Shown here: one piece after another, positions 19,137-30,251 of the stretch
How positions within the stretch are numbered: the stretch's first letter is position 1
Layout of the letters: every line of letters begins with the position of its first letter
Assembly (NCBI GenBank): GCA_963706595.1
Contig: OY970166.1
Coordinates: 3,328,001-3,392,000 of the forward strand
Length of the DNA stretch: 64,000 nt
Direction: 5' to 3'
Source: an uncultured cyanobacterium
Lineage (GTDB): Bacteria > Cyanobacteriota > Cyanobacteriia > Cyanobacteriales > Nostocaceae
Made by a program: the position numbers and the translations under genes
The notes under the pieces: generated by a model
The model's database searches: none
What the model was told of the DNA's origin: nothing
What the model saw: only the letters and a program-made list of their open reading frames with translations

Positions 19137-19520
19137 ATGCTAGGTAACTTTCAACAAAGTCAACTACGGATAGAAATCAACGCCAGAGCCTGTGCAATTC
19201 GTGATAGTTTGCAACAGCCTGAAAATTTAGCCAAATGGCTTGTCGGGCAAAGTTTCGCCCCAGGGATGCCAGAAGAACTGCATAGTGGGTTCCAGTTTAC
19301 AACCTGGACTGGGCCAATTTCAATTCATCATCAAGTAGAAGTGGCCAAACCCAACTGTCTCCGGTTGCTACTCAGTGGAGGCATTGATGGCTTTCATGAA
19401 TGGTACTGGGGCGAAGGTTGGGTGCAGTCCCGCTTAGAGGGAATTTCCATTCTGCCCATCAATTTAGGACAAACCTTAAATTTGTTGAGTTTGCGGCAGT
19501 TTTTGGTCAATAAATCGTAG
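19137..19520 (+). CDS. Conserved cyanobacterial hypothetical protein (possibly SRPBCC-like)
   Basis: 127-aa ORF with MLGNFQQSQLRIE and GIDGFHEWYWGEGWVQSRLEG. Confidence 0.7.
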   Translation: MLGNFQQSQLRIEINARACAIRDSLQQPENLAKWLVGQSFAPGMPEELHSGFQFTTWTGPISIHHQVEVAKPNCLRLLLSGGIDGFHEWYWGEGWVQSRLEGISILPINLGQTLNLLSLRQFLVNKS

Positions 19521-19787
19521 AAACGCCATTAATCCTGTTTCTACAACAGGAATTAAGTCACCCACTTTTATCACTCTGATTCCAGAAAAAAAGTAGCTTG
19601 GGTTGAGGCTTTACGAAACCCAACAAGAGGCAGGGGAGCAGGGCGCAGGGGGCAAGGGGGAAGGAATCAGGATTTTCCCTGCCAACACGGAATAGGGCAA
19701 CTAAATTTATTTATGAACATTAGAAAAAAAATTATTTCGAGATGCGAAGCACGAGAAATAATTTGTCCTTATTTCAAGCCCCTAAAT

Positions 19788-20258
19788 TTATTTATGGGGT
19801 TCTCCCCTGCCCCCTGCCCCCTGCCCCCCTGCCTCTTCTTTGACCACCAACACCGAACAATTAGCTTCTTCCACTACTTGAGTGCTGACAGAACCCAAAA
19901 CAATTCGCTTCATCCCAACTAATCCGCGACTGCCAATGATAATTAAATCAGCCTTGTAAATATTGGCAATCCGAATAATTTCCACCGCCGGATCACCGGT
20001 TGCCAATTCTAATTCACTGTTGAATGATAACTTTTCTTTATAACTTAACAGTTGTTTTTCAATATGGAAATCAGGAAATTTTGAAGATTCTGGATGAGGG
20101 CGGTCTGCCGGTAGTTCCCTCTCTGACTCTGCTGTAGCAAACACATGACAGAGAATGACTTTGGCATCACTAGCCAACACCAAATCATTTAAACTTTCAA
20201 TAACTCGTTCTACAATTTCCGAACCGTCAAGAGCTACCAAAACATTTTTTAGCACCAC
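19788..20258 (-). CDS. Universal stress protein (UspA family)
   Basis: NVLVALDGS and ADLIIIGSRG..LGSVS..CSVLVVK motifs. Confidence 0.9.
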   Translation of the reverse strand: MVLKNVLVALDGSEIVERVIESLNDLVLASDAKVILCHVFATAESERELPADRPHPESSKFPDFHIEKQLLSYKEKLSFNSELELATGDPAVEIIRIANIYKADLIIIGSRGLVGMKRIVLGSVSTQVVEEANCSVLVVKEEAGGQGAGGRGEPHK

Positions 20259-20364
20259 TCATCTCCTAAAAGGTAGATTCCTTTCATATAGTTACTTAAT
20301 ACAACTTGTTCGCAGTTACAGCCTTGATGACAGCATCTAAATATACCCTTAGTCACATAGGTGA

Positions 20365-20515
20365 TATCATGTTCGCCTAATTAGTTCTAATTCCCACCTC
20401 TGTGCAAAACACGTAAAATCCTCTTTCCCCCCTGCTCCCTGCTCCCCTTCGACTGCGCTCAGGGCAAGCCTGCTCCCCTGCGGCCTTAATGATAAGTCTT
20501 TCACCGAACACGATA
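20365..20515. mobile_element. MITE, copy 1 (same family as 48550-48675)
   Basis: Imperfect TIR TATCATGTTC / GAACACGATA; TGA duplication; near-identical to second copy. Confidence 0.75.
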
Positions 20516-20675
20516 TGAGGACGGTGAGAACTGGGTTTATACTCAGCGCTTTCTTCTACAGACGCGATTTGTCACCTCTGTGTAGTTGCCTGGGGGATAC
20601 TGCTGCCCAAGCTTATATCTTGCAGCTACCGAGTAGCTTTGTCCAATAGTTTATGCAAAAAATAAACATTCCAAA

Positions 20676-21978
20676 TCACTCTTCCTGCTGAATTCTGCGC
20701 CTGACTGAATCTTTATGAGACGGTAAGCCCTCGGCAGTTGCTAGCGCGTCAATAGCCCCAGCCGCCTTTTGCAGTGCAGTAGGTGAGTATTGAATAATAC
20801 TGGAATGTTTGAGGAATGTTTCCACTCCTAAAGGTGAAGCATAACGAGCCGCACCAGAAGTCGGCAAGGTGTGGTTAGGTCCTGCCAAATAGTCGCCTAC
20901 AGCTTCTGGTGTAGAATAGCCCAAGAATATTGCCCCGGCGTGACGGATATTGGGAAGTAATGCCCAAGGATCTTTAATTTCTAACTCTAAATGTTCGGGA
21001 GCAAATTCATTGGAAAATTCTGCTGCTGCTGATAAAGATTCGACAACAACAATTAATCCATAATGAGCGATCGCTTTCTCTGTGTCTATCCGTCGGGGAT
21101 GATCTACTAATTGTCTTTCCACAGCTACTTGCACGTTTTTCGCTAAAGCAGTGTCAGTGGTCAACAAAATAGCTGCGGCCATGGGGTCATGTTCAGCTTG
21201 CGCCAACAAATCAGCCGCCACATTCACCGGATTTGCAGTTTCATCGGCAATAATTAATACTTCACTCGGACCTGCTAAGGAATCAATACCAACCGTACCG
21301 TAAACCAGTTTTTTGGCTAAAGTGACATAAATATTACCAGGACCAGTAATTACATTGACTTTAGGAATCGTTTCTGTACCGTAAGCCAAAGCCGCGATCG
21401 CTTGCGCCCCCCCAACACGATAAATTTCTTGTATACCTGCTTCTTGTGCAGCTACCAACACAGCTGGATGAATTGCTTTTCTGGAACCAGGAGGCGTTAC
21501 CATCACCACACGAGGCACACCAGCCACCTTAGCCGGAATAGCATTCATGAGTACAGGTACTAGGATAAGCACCACGCCCACCCGGTACATATAACCCGGC
21601 ACGGTCTACAGGAGTATAACGTTTGCCCAGCACTACATCATCATCGCCAAAGTGTACCCAACTTTTCGGGACACGCTGGCGATGAAATGCTTCAATTTGG
21701 CGGCTAGCCAACTGAATCGCCTGGAGTAACTCCTGCGACACCTGTTGGTAAGCTGCATCCATTTCCGAGCCGGTAACACGCAATTCCTCTGACTTGAGAG
21801 TTTGATTATCGAATTCAGCTGTATAATGCAAAACAGCTTTGTCGCCTTGGCGCTGCACTGCTTGCAATACTTCGCGGACAGTTGCTTCTTTGTGAAGCAC
21901 GTGTTCATCGTGAGTACGATTGCAGATACGTTGTAGTTCTGATACAACGTCTGCCTGCTGAGTAATGATTCGCAGCAT
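20676..21978 (-). pseudogene. hisD: Histidinol dehydrogenase with one +1 frameshift near 21557 (likely sequencing error)
   Basis: GLYVPGG..YPS in one frame; VLMNAIPA, GPGNIYV, AGPSE, QAEHDP and GPNHTLPT in the next. Confidence 0.9.
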
Positions 21979-22443
21979 GGAGTAAGGAGAATGCCAAAAT
22001 TTAGAATATTCCCGCCGGAGAATCAGTCTTAACTCTTGACCCATGAGGTTGTCGAGCTAATTTTAATTCTCTTCTCTAGCTTAACCTGGATTTTTTTGAT
22101 ACTTCCCAGGCTGCCAGCATATAGGTTGCTTGAGAAGGCGACTATTATTGCTCAGTCCGATTCACCTAATTGGCTCGCCCTAGCGGCAAGCTGTTTGGTA
22201 TCCGGCAGAGAGAAGGTGTGCCATACCCTCTACCCTTACAACCTAGCCTGTACTCCTTGGGGGTTTCTTGGTGACACATTTGCACATCCATTGGCCTTGA
22301 ACAAGGAGGTGGAATAGGGTCTGAGTATATTTTTTACTTATTTTTCTACTTTAGTAGCTAACATTCCATCGAAGTAACTTATTTTAACCCATTTTTTCAA
22401 TCGGTTACACACAAACTGTAAAGTTGTCAAGGATACTTTAAAT

Positions 22444-22585
22444 TAGTCATTGGTCATTGGTCATTAGTCATTAGTCATTAGTCATTGGGAAATTACCGTC
22501 TTCTCTCCCCTGCTCCCTACTCCCCACTCCCTGCTCCCTACTCCCTGCTCCCTACTCCCCACTCCCCACTCCCTACTCCCTACTC
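22444..22585. repeat. Heptamer STRR tracts (TCATTRG and CTCCCYR types)
   Basis: Tandem 7-mers typical of Nostocales; similar tracts near 27915-28070, 30160-30230, 42973-43010 and 62437-62490. Confidence 0.85.
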
Positions 22586-22689
22586 TTAAAAAGTTTCTTT
22601 TTGAATAAATTCTGACATTGGCAGTATGGATGCTATATTAGTAAGTCTAGTAGTGTGTGTACATATTAATAGTATTTTTGGAATAGACT

Positions 22690-22989
22690 GTGGCGAATAC
22701 AAAATCTGCTCTCAAACGCGCCCAAATTGGAGAACGCAACCGTTTGCGTAACAAAGCTTACAAATCGGCAGTAAGAACGCTGATGAAAAAATATTTTAGT
22801 GCAGTAGATGTCTATGCAGCTAATCCTAACTCAGAATTAGAAAAAGAAGTACAGGTACGGCTGTCTGAAGCTGTTAGCAAAATTGACAAAGCTGTAAAGC
22901 GCGGTGTTCTCCACCCAAATAATGGCGCTCGGAAAAAATCCAGATTGGCTCGCAAACTCAAGCCACTGGCTCCAGCATCTGCTGGGTAG
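22690..22989 (+). CDS. rpsT: 30S ribosomal protein S20
   Basis: [32 protein letters not shown]. Confidence 0.96.
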   Translation: MANTKSALKRAQIGERNRLRNKAYKSAVRTLMKKYFSAVDVYAANPNSELEKEVQVRLSEAVSKIDKAVKRGVLHPNNGARKKSRLARKLKPLAPASAG

Positions 22990-23065
22990 TTTAACTGTTC
23001 AGTAATCAGTAAATATATTTGTATATCACTGATTACTGCTCACGAAATCATGACCGATAACTGCA

Positions 23066-23851
23066 ATGCAGCTGATTGATACTCACGTTCATATTAACTT
23101 TGATACATTTCAGGCGGATTTAGCCGCAGTGCGATCGCGATGGCAAGAAGCAGGTGTGGTACGCCTTGTACACTCCTGCGTCGAACCCTCAGAATTTTCC
23201 AGTATTCAATCCCTAGCGCACCAGTTTCCCGAACTCAGTTTTGCCGTGGGTCTGCATCCCTTAGATGTGGAAAAATGGCACAGCGACACAGCCGCCGAAA
23301 TCAAATCTTTGGCTAGTTCCGAAGCAAAAGTGGTAGCGGTTGGGGAAACGGGTATGGATCTTTACAAAGCCGATAACTATGCAATTCAACGCATAGCCTT
23401 TGAAGCCCAACTAGCGATCGCCTGCGAACTCAATCTACCAGTAATTATCCATTGTCGTGATGCAGCCCCAGAAGTCAGGGAAATACTGCAAAAATGGCAG
23501 GAGAACACCGGACAAACCCCTAGAGGTGTCATGCATTGTTGGGGCGGTACACCAGAAGAAACTCAATGGTTTCTGGACTTAGGCTTCTACATCAGCTTTA
23601 GCGGGACGGTAACATTCAAAAACGCTAAAACTATCCAAGCCTCAGCCGCGATGGTGACAAGCGATCGCCTGCTAGTGGAAACAGACTGCCCTTTTTTGTC
23701 TCCAGTCCCCAAACGGGGTGAAAAACGGAATGAGCCAGCTTATGTTCGTTATGTCGCCGAACAAGTAGCTCATTTACGTGGGGAGACATTAGAAGCGATC
23801 GCGGCTCAAACTACCCAAAATGCTTGTGACTTATTTGGATTAGCACTATAA
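23066..23851 (+). CDS. tatD: TatD-family hydrolase
   Basis: IDTHVH, GLHP, GETG, IIHCR, GVMHC and ETDCPFL motifs. Confidence 0.92.
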   Translation: MQLIDTHVHINFDTFQADLAAVRSRWQEAGVVRLVHSCVEPSEFSSIQSLAHQFPELSFAVGLHPLDVEKWHSDTAAEIKSLASSEAKVVAVGETGMDLYKADNYAIQRIAFEAQLAIACELNLPVIIHCRDAAPEVREILQKWQENTGQTPRGVMHCWGGTPEETQWFLDLGFYISFSGTVTFKNAKTIQASAAMVTSDRLLVETDCPFLSPVPKRGEKRNEPAYVRYVAEQVAHLRGETLEAIAAQTTQNACDLFGLAL

Positions 23852-24612
23852 AGCCTGCTCATCTATATCCCAGGGAGTGCTGAAAAAATTAAACTCTAGG
23901 AGGACAAAAATATGCTAAGATTAATCCCTCCAAAACAATTTGAATACGCCATAATAGAAAAGGAAAGAATTGAAAACTTTTAAAATTGATTTTGTACTGT
24001 CAACAACTTGATCATCCACCTCATCTCCACAAGCGGATGTTCTGAATTGATGACTGATGTCAGGATTCGACAGTCACCTAGACTTTGGCCAAAAAACGTT
24101 TGTGCTGTACTTAACCTATAGAAAATTGTTAAACGTAAACTACCTTGTGAGCAAAACCCACCAAAATCAAGCCCGGAGTTACAAATCAGAGCCGACAAAA
24201 TACGCGGCTCTTTCCCTGTGTCTTAGGAGACTACCGTAGGTATAGACGGGGAATTGACGACACAAATAGTCTAGAAATGTCTAGGCAAATTCATTGAGCT
24301 TCATGGGAGGGGAAGTGAGGAAAGCACAAAAAATTCATCGATTTTTCAGCCGACGACTGTTAAGGAATCAAATTAATATCTTGATTTTAACGCATCTGGA
24401 GAGAGAAAAAGGGCGATTACCCCCCTTGCCAAAATCTTTCTTTGCAGCTTCAATAGCGGCGTTTGCCTACACCTAGAAATAGCAGATGGCATAAACAAAC
24501 AGAAGTTCCCAAATAGTTATGGACACAAGGCACTTGCTCAGGGAACAGGCCAGCAACAGAGATTAAAGCAGTGTCCTAAAACAAGTTTAACCAGGTTGAT
24601 GAAGGTAAAGGC

Positions 24613-27600
24613 ATGACTACAGATACATATATGGAATCCGCCTTTTTGTTGCCCGACTTGATTGAAATCCAGCGTGCAAGTTTTCGCTGGTTTTTAGAAG
24701 AAGGGCTGATAGAAGAACTCAACTCATTTAGTCCCATTACAGACTACACAGGCAAACTAGAACTGCACTTTTTAGGTAACAACTACAAACTTAAAGAGCC
24801 AAAATACAGCGTTGAGGAATCGAAACGGCGGGATAGTACCTATGCTGTACAGATGTATGTTCCCACCCGTCTGTTGAACAAAGAAACAGGGGATATCAAA
24901 GAACAAGAAGTATTTATTGGGGATCTGCCTTTAATGACAGACCGAGGCACGTTTATTATTAACGGAGCCGAGCGGGTAATTGTTAACCAGATAGTGCGAT
25001 CGCCTGGAGTTTACTACAAATCAGAAATCGACAAAAACGGGAGACGTACTTATTCAGCTAGCTTAATCCCTAACCGGGGAGCTTGGCTGAAATTTGAAAC
25101 AGACCGTAACGATTTAGTGTGGGTTCGCATCGACAAAACCCGTAAACTCTCAGCACAGGTGCTATTAAAAGCCCTGGGCTTGTCAGACAACGAAATATTT
25201 GATGCCCTGCGCCACCCAGAATACTTTCAAAAAACCATCGAAAAAGAAGGGCAGTTTTCCGAAGAAGAAGCCCTGATGGAGTTGTACCGGAAATTACGCC
25301 CCGGTGAACCACCCACAGTATTAGGTGGACAACAGCTATTAGACTCCCGCTTTTTCGACCCCAAACGTTATGACCTCGGTCGCGTTGGTCGTTACAAACT
25401 CAACAAAAAATTACGCTTGTCTGTTCCCGACACCATGCGCGTGCTAAGTCCTGGGGACATATTGGCAGCAGTAGATTACCTGATTAACCTCGAATATGAC
25501 ATCGGTAATATCGACGATATTGACCACTTAGGTAATCGTCGGGTGAGAAGCGTCGGCGAACTACTGCAAAACCAAGTGCGAGTCGGCTTAAACCGTTTAG
25601 AGCGGATCATTCGGGAAAGAATGACCGTATCCGATGCCGAAGTTTTAACCCCAGCTTCCTTAGTTAACCCCAAACCATTGGTAGCAGCAATCAAAGAATT
25701 CTTTGGTTCTAGCCAATTAAGTCAGTTCATGGATCAAACAAATCCCTTAGCAGAACTGACCCACAAACGCCGTCTCAGCGCCCTTGGACCTGGTGGTTTA
25801 ACTCGTGAACGGGCAGGATTTGCCGTGCGAGATATTCACCCTTCTCACTACGGTAGAATCTGCCCCATTGAGACACCAGAAGGACCTAACGCCGGTTTGA
25901 TTGGTTCCTTAGCCACCCATGCGCGAGTCAACCTCTATGGATTCTTAGAAACCCCCTTTAGACCAGTAGAAAATGGTCGAGTCCGGTTTGACTTACCGCC
26001 AGTCTATATGACAGCCGACGAAGAAGACGATTTGCGGACTGCCACAGGTGACATTCCCGTAGATGAAAATGGCTACATTAAGGGTCCACAAGTACCAGTA
26101 CGTTATCGCCAAGACTGGGCAACCACAACCCCAGAACAAGTAGACTACGTAGCTGTATCCCCAGTGCAAATTGTGTCTGTAGCGACCAGCATGATTCCCT
26201 TTTTGGAACATGACGACGCTAACCGAGCGCTAATGGGTTCCAATATGCAACGGCAAGCAGTACCCCTGCTGAAGCCGGAGCGTCCTTTGGTCGGTACTGG
26301 CTTAGAAGCCCAAGGCGCGAGAGACTCCGGAATGGTGGTGGTATCCCGTACCGATGGCGATGTTACTTATGTGGATGCCACCGAAATTCGTGTTCGTCCT
26401 AAAGGCGGTACCTCAGAAACTAGATATCGACTTTCTAAATACCAAAGATCCAACCAAGACACTTGTTTAAATCAAAAACCCCTCGTCCGCATTGGTGAGC
26501 GAGTAGTTGCTGGTCAAGTTTTAGCTGATGGTTCAGCCACCGAAGGTGGTGAATTAGCCTTGGGTCAAAATATTGTCCTCGCCTATATGCCTTGGGAAGG
26601 GTATAACTACGAAGACGCGATTTTGATTTCCGAAAGACTGGTACAGGATGATGTCTACACTTCCATTCACATTGAAAAATATGAAATTGAAGCCAGACAA
26701 ACCAAACTTGGCCCAGAAGAAATTACCAGAGAAATTCCCAACGTCGGGGAAGATGCCCTGCGTCAGTTAGATGAACAGGGAATCATCCGTATCGGTGCTT
26801 GGGTAGAAGCTGGAGATATTCTGGTAGGAAAGGTGACACCAAAAGGTGAATCTGACCAACCACCAGAAGAAAAACTCTTACGTGCCATTTTTGGTGAGAA
26901 GGCGCGAGATGTAAGGGACAATTCCTTACGAGTTCCCAACGGTGAAAAAGGACGCGTCGTTGACGTGCGTTTATTTACCCGTGAACAAGGCGATGAATTA
27001 CCACCAGGAGCGAATATGGTGGTGCGGGTGTATGTTGCCCAGAAGCGCAAAATCCAAGTGGGCGACAAAATGGCAGGTCGTCACGGTAATAAAGGGATTA
27101 TTTCTCGAATATTGCCTGTGGAAGATATGCCTTATTTAGCCGATGGTTCCACTGTGGACATCGTGCTAAACCCCTTGGGTGTACCTAGTCGGATGAATGT
27201 TGGACAGGTATTTGAGTGTATGTTGGGCTGGGCGGCTCATACTTTGGGAGTCAGGTTCAAAATTACGCCTTTTGACGAAATGTATGGGGAAGAAACATCC
27301 CGTAGCATCGTACATGGCAAGTTGCAAGAAGCACGAGACGAAACAGGCAAGGACTGGGTATACAACCCAGATAACCCCGGCAAAATTATGGTGTTTGATG
27401 GTCGGACGGGGGAACCGTTTGACCGACCGATAACTGTAGGCGTAGCTTATATTCTCAAGCTGGTGCATTTGGTGGATGACAAAATCCACGCTCGTTCCAC
27501 AGGGCCATACTCGCTAGTAACTCAGCAACCCTTGGGTGGTAAAGCCCAACAAGGTGGTCAGCGCTTTGGGGAAATGGAAGTGTGGGCTTTGGAAGCCTTT

Positions 27601-27912
27601 GGTGCCGCTTACACTTTGCAGGAATTGCTGACTGTGAAATCAGACGATATGCAGGGACGGAATGAAGCGTTAAATGCGATCGTTAAAGGCAAGTCAATTC
27701 CTCGACCAGGAACACCAGAATCCTTTAAGGTGCTAATGCGAGAACTGCAATCATTAGGATTAGACATTGCCGTACATAAGGTAGAAACCCAACCCGACGG
27801 TAGTTCCTTGGATGTGGAAGTCGATTTAATGGCAGACCAATCACCGCGACGTACACCCCCTCGACCAACCTACGAATCTCTCTCCCGTGAATCCCTAGAA
27901 GGGGAAGAGTAG
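24613..27912 (+). CDS. rpoB: RNA polymerase beta subunit
   Basis: Conserved [12 protein letters not shown] and [14 protein letters not shown] motifs. Confidence 0.99.
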   Translation: MTTDTYMESAFLLPDLIEIQRASFRWFLEEGLIEELNSFSPITDYTGKLELHFLGNNYKLKEPKYSVEESKRRDSTYAVQMYVPTRLLNKETGDIKEQEVFIGDLPLMTDRGTFIINGAERVIVNQIVRSPGVYYKSEIDKNGRRTYSASLIPNRGAWLKFETDRNDLVWVRIDKTRKLSAQVLLKALGLSDNEIFDALRHPEYFQKTIEKEGQFSEEEALMELYRKLRPGEPPTVLGGQQLLDSRFFDPKRYDLGRVGRYKLNKKLRLSVPDTMRVLSPGDILAAVDYLINLEYDIGNIDDIDHLGNRRVRSVGELLQNQVRVGLNRLERIIRERMTVSDAEVLTPASLVNPKPLVAAIKEFFGSSQLSQFMDQTNPLAELTHKRRLSALGPGGLTRERAGFAVRDIHPSHYGRICPIETPEGPNAGLIGSLATHARVNLYGFLETPFRPVENGRVRFDLPPVYMTADEEDDLRTATGDIPVDENGYIKGPQVPVRYRQDWATTTPEQVDYVAVSPVQIVSVATSMIPFLEHDDANRALMGSNMQRQAVPLLKPERPLVGTGLEAQGARDSGMVVVSRTDGDVTYVDATEIRVRPKGGTSETRYRLSKYQRSNQDTCLNQKPLVRIGERVVAGQVLADGSATEGGELALGQNIVLAYMPWEGYNYEDAILISERLVQDDVYTSIHIEKYEIEARQTKLGPEEITREIPNVGEDALRQLDEQGIIRIGAWVEAGDILVGKVTPKGESDQPPEEKLLRAIFGEKARDVRDNSLRVPNGEKGRVVDVRLFTREQGDELPPGANMVVRVYVAQKRKIQVGDKMAGRHGNKGIISRILPVEDMPYLADGSTVDIVLNPLGVPSRMNVGQVFECMLGWAAHTLGVRFKITPFDEMYGEETSRSIVHGKLQEARDETGKDWVYNPDNPGKIMVFDGRTGEPFDRPITVGVAYILKLVHLVDDKIHARSTGPYSLVTQQPLGGKAQQGGQRFGEMEVWALEAFGAAYTLQELLTVKSDDMQGRNEALNAIVKGKSIPRPGTPESFKVLMRELQSLGLDIAVHKVETQPDGSSLDVEVDLMADQSPRRTPPRPTYESLSRESLEGEE

Positions 27913-28084
27913 GGAATGGGGAATGGGGAGTGGGGAGTAGGGGAAAGAGGCAGGGGAGCAGGGAGAAAGAGGCAGGGGAGCAGGGAGAAAGAGGCAGGGG
28001 GGAAAATTTCCTACCTAATCCCCATTACCTGAACTGTAATCCCTAATCCCTAATCCCCAATCCCCAAATTACGAACACTGATTA

Positions 28085-28258
28085 AAGGATTGCGCGGATG
28101 AGATTATTTGTGATAGCAACAGATGCTCAAATCCGTGAAATCCTTTAATCCGTCTAATCCGTGATCAGAATAAGGATTGCGCGGATGAGATTATTTGTAA
28201 TAGCAACAGATGCTCAAATCCGTGAAATCCTTTAATCCGTCTAATCCGTGATCAGAAT
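28085..28258. repeat. 87-bp direct tandem duplication in the rpoB-rpoC1 intergenic region
   Basis: Units 28085-28171 and 28172-28258 differ at one position seen. Confidence 0.85.
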
Positions 28259-28270
28259 AAAAAATTAATT

Positions 28271-30148
28271 ATGAGACCCGCCCAAAGTAATCAGTTTGAC
28301 TACGTTAAAATCGGCTTGGCATCACCGGAACGCATCAGGCAGTGGGGTGAGCGCACTTTACCTAATGGTCAACTCGTTGGTGAAGTAACAAAGCCGGAGA
28401 CAATTAATTACCGCACCTTGAAACCAGAGATGGACGGCTTATTTTGTGAGCGCATCTTTGGCCCGGCGAAAGATTGGGAATGCCATTGTGGTAAGTATAA
28501 AAGAGTCCGTCACCGTGGCATTGTCTGCGAGCGCTGTGGTGTAGAAGTCACCGAGTCGCGCGTGCGTCGTCACAGAATGGGGTATATTAAACTCGCTGCC
28601 CCGGTCGCCCACGTTTGGTATCTCAAGGGTATTCCTAGCTACATCTCCATTCTGCTCGATATGCCCTTGCGAGATGTGGAGCAGATAGTCTATTTCAACT
28701 CTTATGTTGTCCTGAGTCCTGGTAATGCAGAAACATTAAGCTACAAACAGCTACTCAGTGAAGACCAATGGTTGGAAATCGAAGACCAAATATATAGTGA
28801 AGATTCCCTGTTGGTAGGGGTAGAGGTCGGCATCGGTGCAGAAGCATTACTACGTTTACTAGCTGATATTAATTTAGAGCAAGAAGCCGAAAACCTGCGC
28901 GAGGAAATTGGTAATGCTAAGGGACAGAAGCGGGCAAAGCTGATTAAACGGCTACGGGTAATTGACAACTTCATTGCTACTGGTTCTAAACCAGAGTGGA
29001 TGGTGATGGCAGTGATTCCGGTAATTCCCCCTGATTTGCGCCCAATGGTACAGCTGGATGGTGGACGGTTCGCCACTAGTGATTTGAACGATTTGTATCG
29101 CCGGGTAATTAACCGTAACAATCGTTTGGCGCGTCTGCAAGAAATTCTCGCACCAGAAATTATTGTGCGGAACGAAAAGCGGATGCTGCAAGAAGCAGTG
29201 GATGCTTTGATTGACAATGGTCGTCGGGGACGCACAGTGGTGGGGGCAAATAACCGACCCCTCAAGTCTTTGTCTGACATTATTGAAGGTAAACAAGGAC
29301 GTTTCCGCCAAAACTTGTTGGGTAAACGAGTTGACTATTCGGGACGTTCGGTAATTGTAGTCGGACCGAAGCTGAGAATTCACCAGTGCGGTTTGCCCAG
29401 GGAAATGGCCATTGAGTTATTTCAGCCCTTTGTGATTAATCGCCTGATTCGTAGCGGCATGGTGAATAATATCAAGGCGGCTAAGAAGCTGATTTCTCGC
29501 AACGACCCCAGTGTGTGGGATGTGCTGGAAGAGGTAATTTCAGGACACCCAGTGATGCTGAACCGTGCGCCAACTCTACACCGCTTAGGTATTCAGGCTT
29601 TTGAACCTGTGTTGGTGGAAGGACGAGCGATTCAATTACATCCGTTGGTTTGTCCAGCTTTTAACGCTGACTTTGATGGTGACCAAATGGCGGTACACGT
29701 GCCTCTGTCTCTAGAAAGTCAGGCGGAAGCCCGGTTGTTGATGCTGGCTTCTAATAATGTTTTGTCTCCGGCTACGGGTAGACCGATTATTACTCCTAGT
29801 CAAGATATGGTGTTGGGGGCATATTATTTAACCGCCGAAAACCCTGGTGCTACTAAGGGTACTGGTAAGTTTTATGCTTCCATGGAAGATGTAATTATGG
29901 CTTTCCATCAAGACCAAGTTGACTTACACGCGTATGTTTACGTGCGGTTTGATGGCGAGGTGGAATGTGATGAACCGGATAATCAGCCGCTAGAAGTGAC
30001 GGAAAACGCTGACAAAACTCGGACTTTGCTGTATAAATATCGCCGCATTAGGGAAGATGCTCAGGGAAATATGATTTCTCAGTATGTCCGGACTACGCCT
30101 GGACGAGTTATTTACAACAATGCTATTCAGGAAGCTTTGGCGGTCTAG
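28271..30148 (+). CDS. rpoC1: RNA polymerase gamma subunit
   Basis: NADFDGDQM catalytic motif and N-terminal zinc finger. Confidence 0.99.
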   Translation: MRPAQSNQFDYVKIGLASPERIRQWGERTLPNGQLVGEVTKPETINYRTLKPEMDGLFCERIFGPAKDWECHCGKYKRVRHRGIVCERCGVEVTESRVRRHRMGYIKLAAPVAHVWYLKGIPSYISILLDMPLRDVEQIVYFNSYVVLSPGNAETLSYKQLLSEDQWLEIEDQIYSEDSLLVGVEVGIGAEALLRLLADINLEQEAENLREEIGNAKGQKRAKLIKRLRVIDNFIATGSKPEWMVMAVIPVIPPDLRPMVQLDGGRFATSDLNDLYRRVINRNNRLARLQEILAPEIIVRNEKRMLQEAVDALIDNGRRGRTVVGANNRPLKSLSDIIEGKQGRFRQNLLGKRVDYSGRSVIVVGPKLRIHQCGLPREMAIELFQPFVINRLIRSGMVNNIKAAKKLISRNDPSVWDVLEEVISGHPVMLNRAPTLHRLGIQAFEPVLVEGRAIQLHPLVCPAFNADFDGDQMAVHVPLSLESQAEARLLMLASNNVLSPATGRPIITPSQDMVLGAYYLTAENPGATKGTGKFYASMEDVIMAFHQDQVDLHAYVYVRFDGEVECDEPDNQPLEVTENADKTRTLLYKYRRIREDAQGNMISQYVRTTPGRVIYNNAIQEALAV

Positions 30149-30251
30149 GGAGCAAAGAATTTTGGATTTTGGATTTGCGATTTTAGATTGCAGTCTAATC
30201 CAAAATCTAAAATCTAAAATCTAAAATTGATTGACTAAGGACTAATAATTA

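Noticed and set aside
21979..22440. Possible ncRNA or ORF 22036-22317 upstream of hisD
   Set aside because: No recognisable RNA family or protein motif; would need a covariance search
23860..24612. Long tatD-rpoB intergenic region and its short ORFs
   Set aside because: No supportable coding or RNA call by eye; probably promoter and leader
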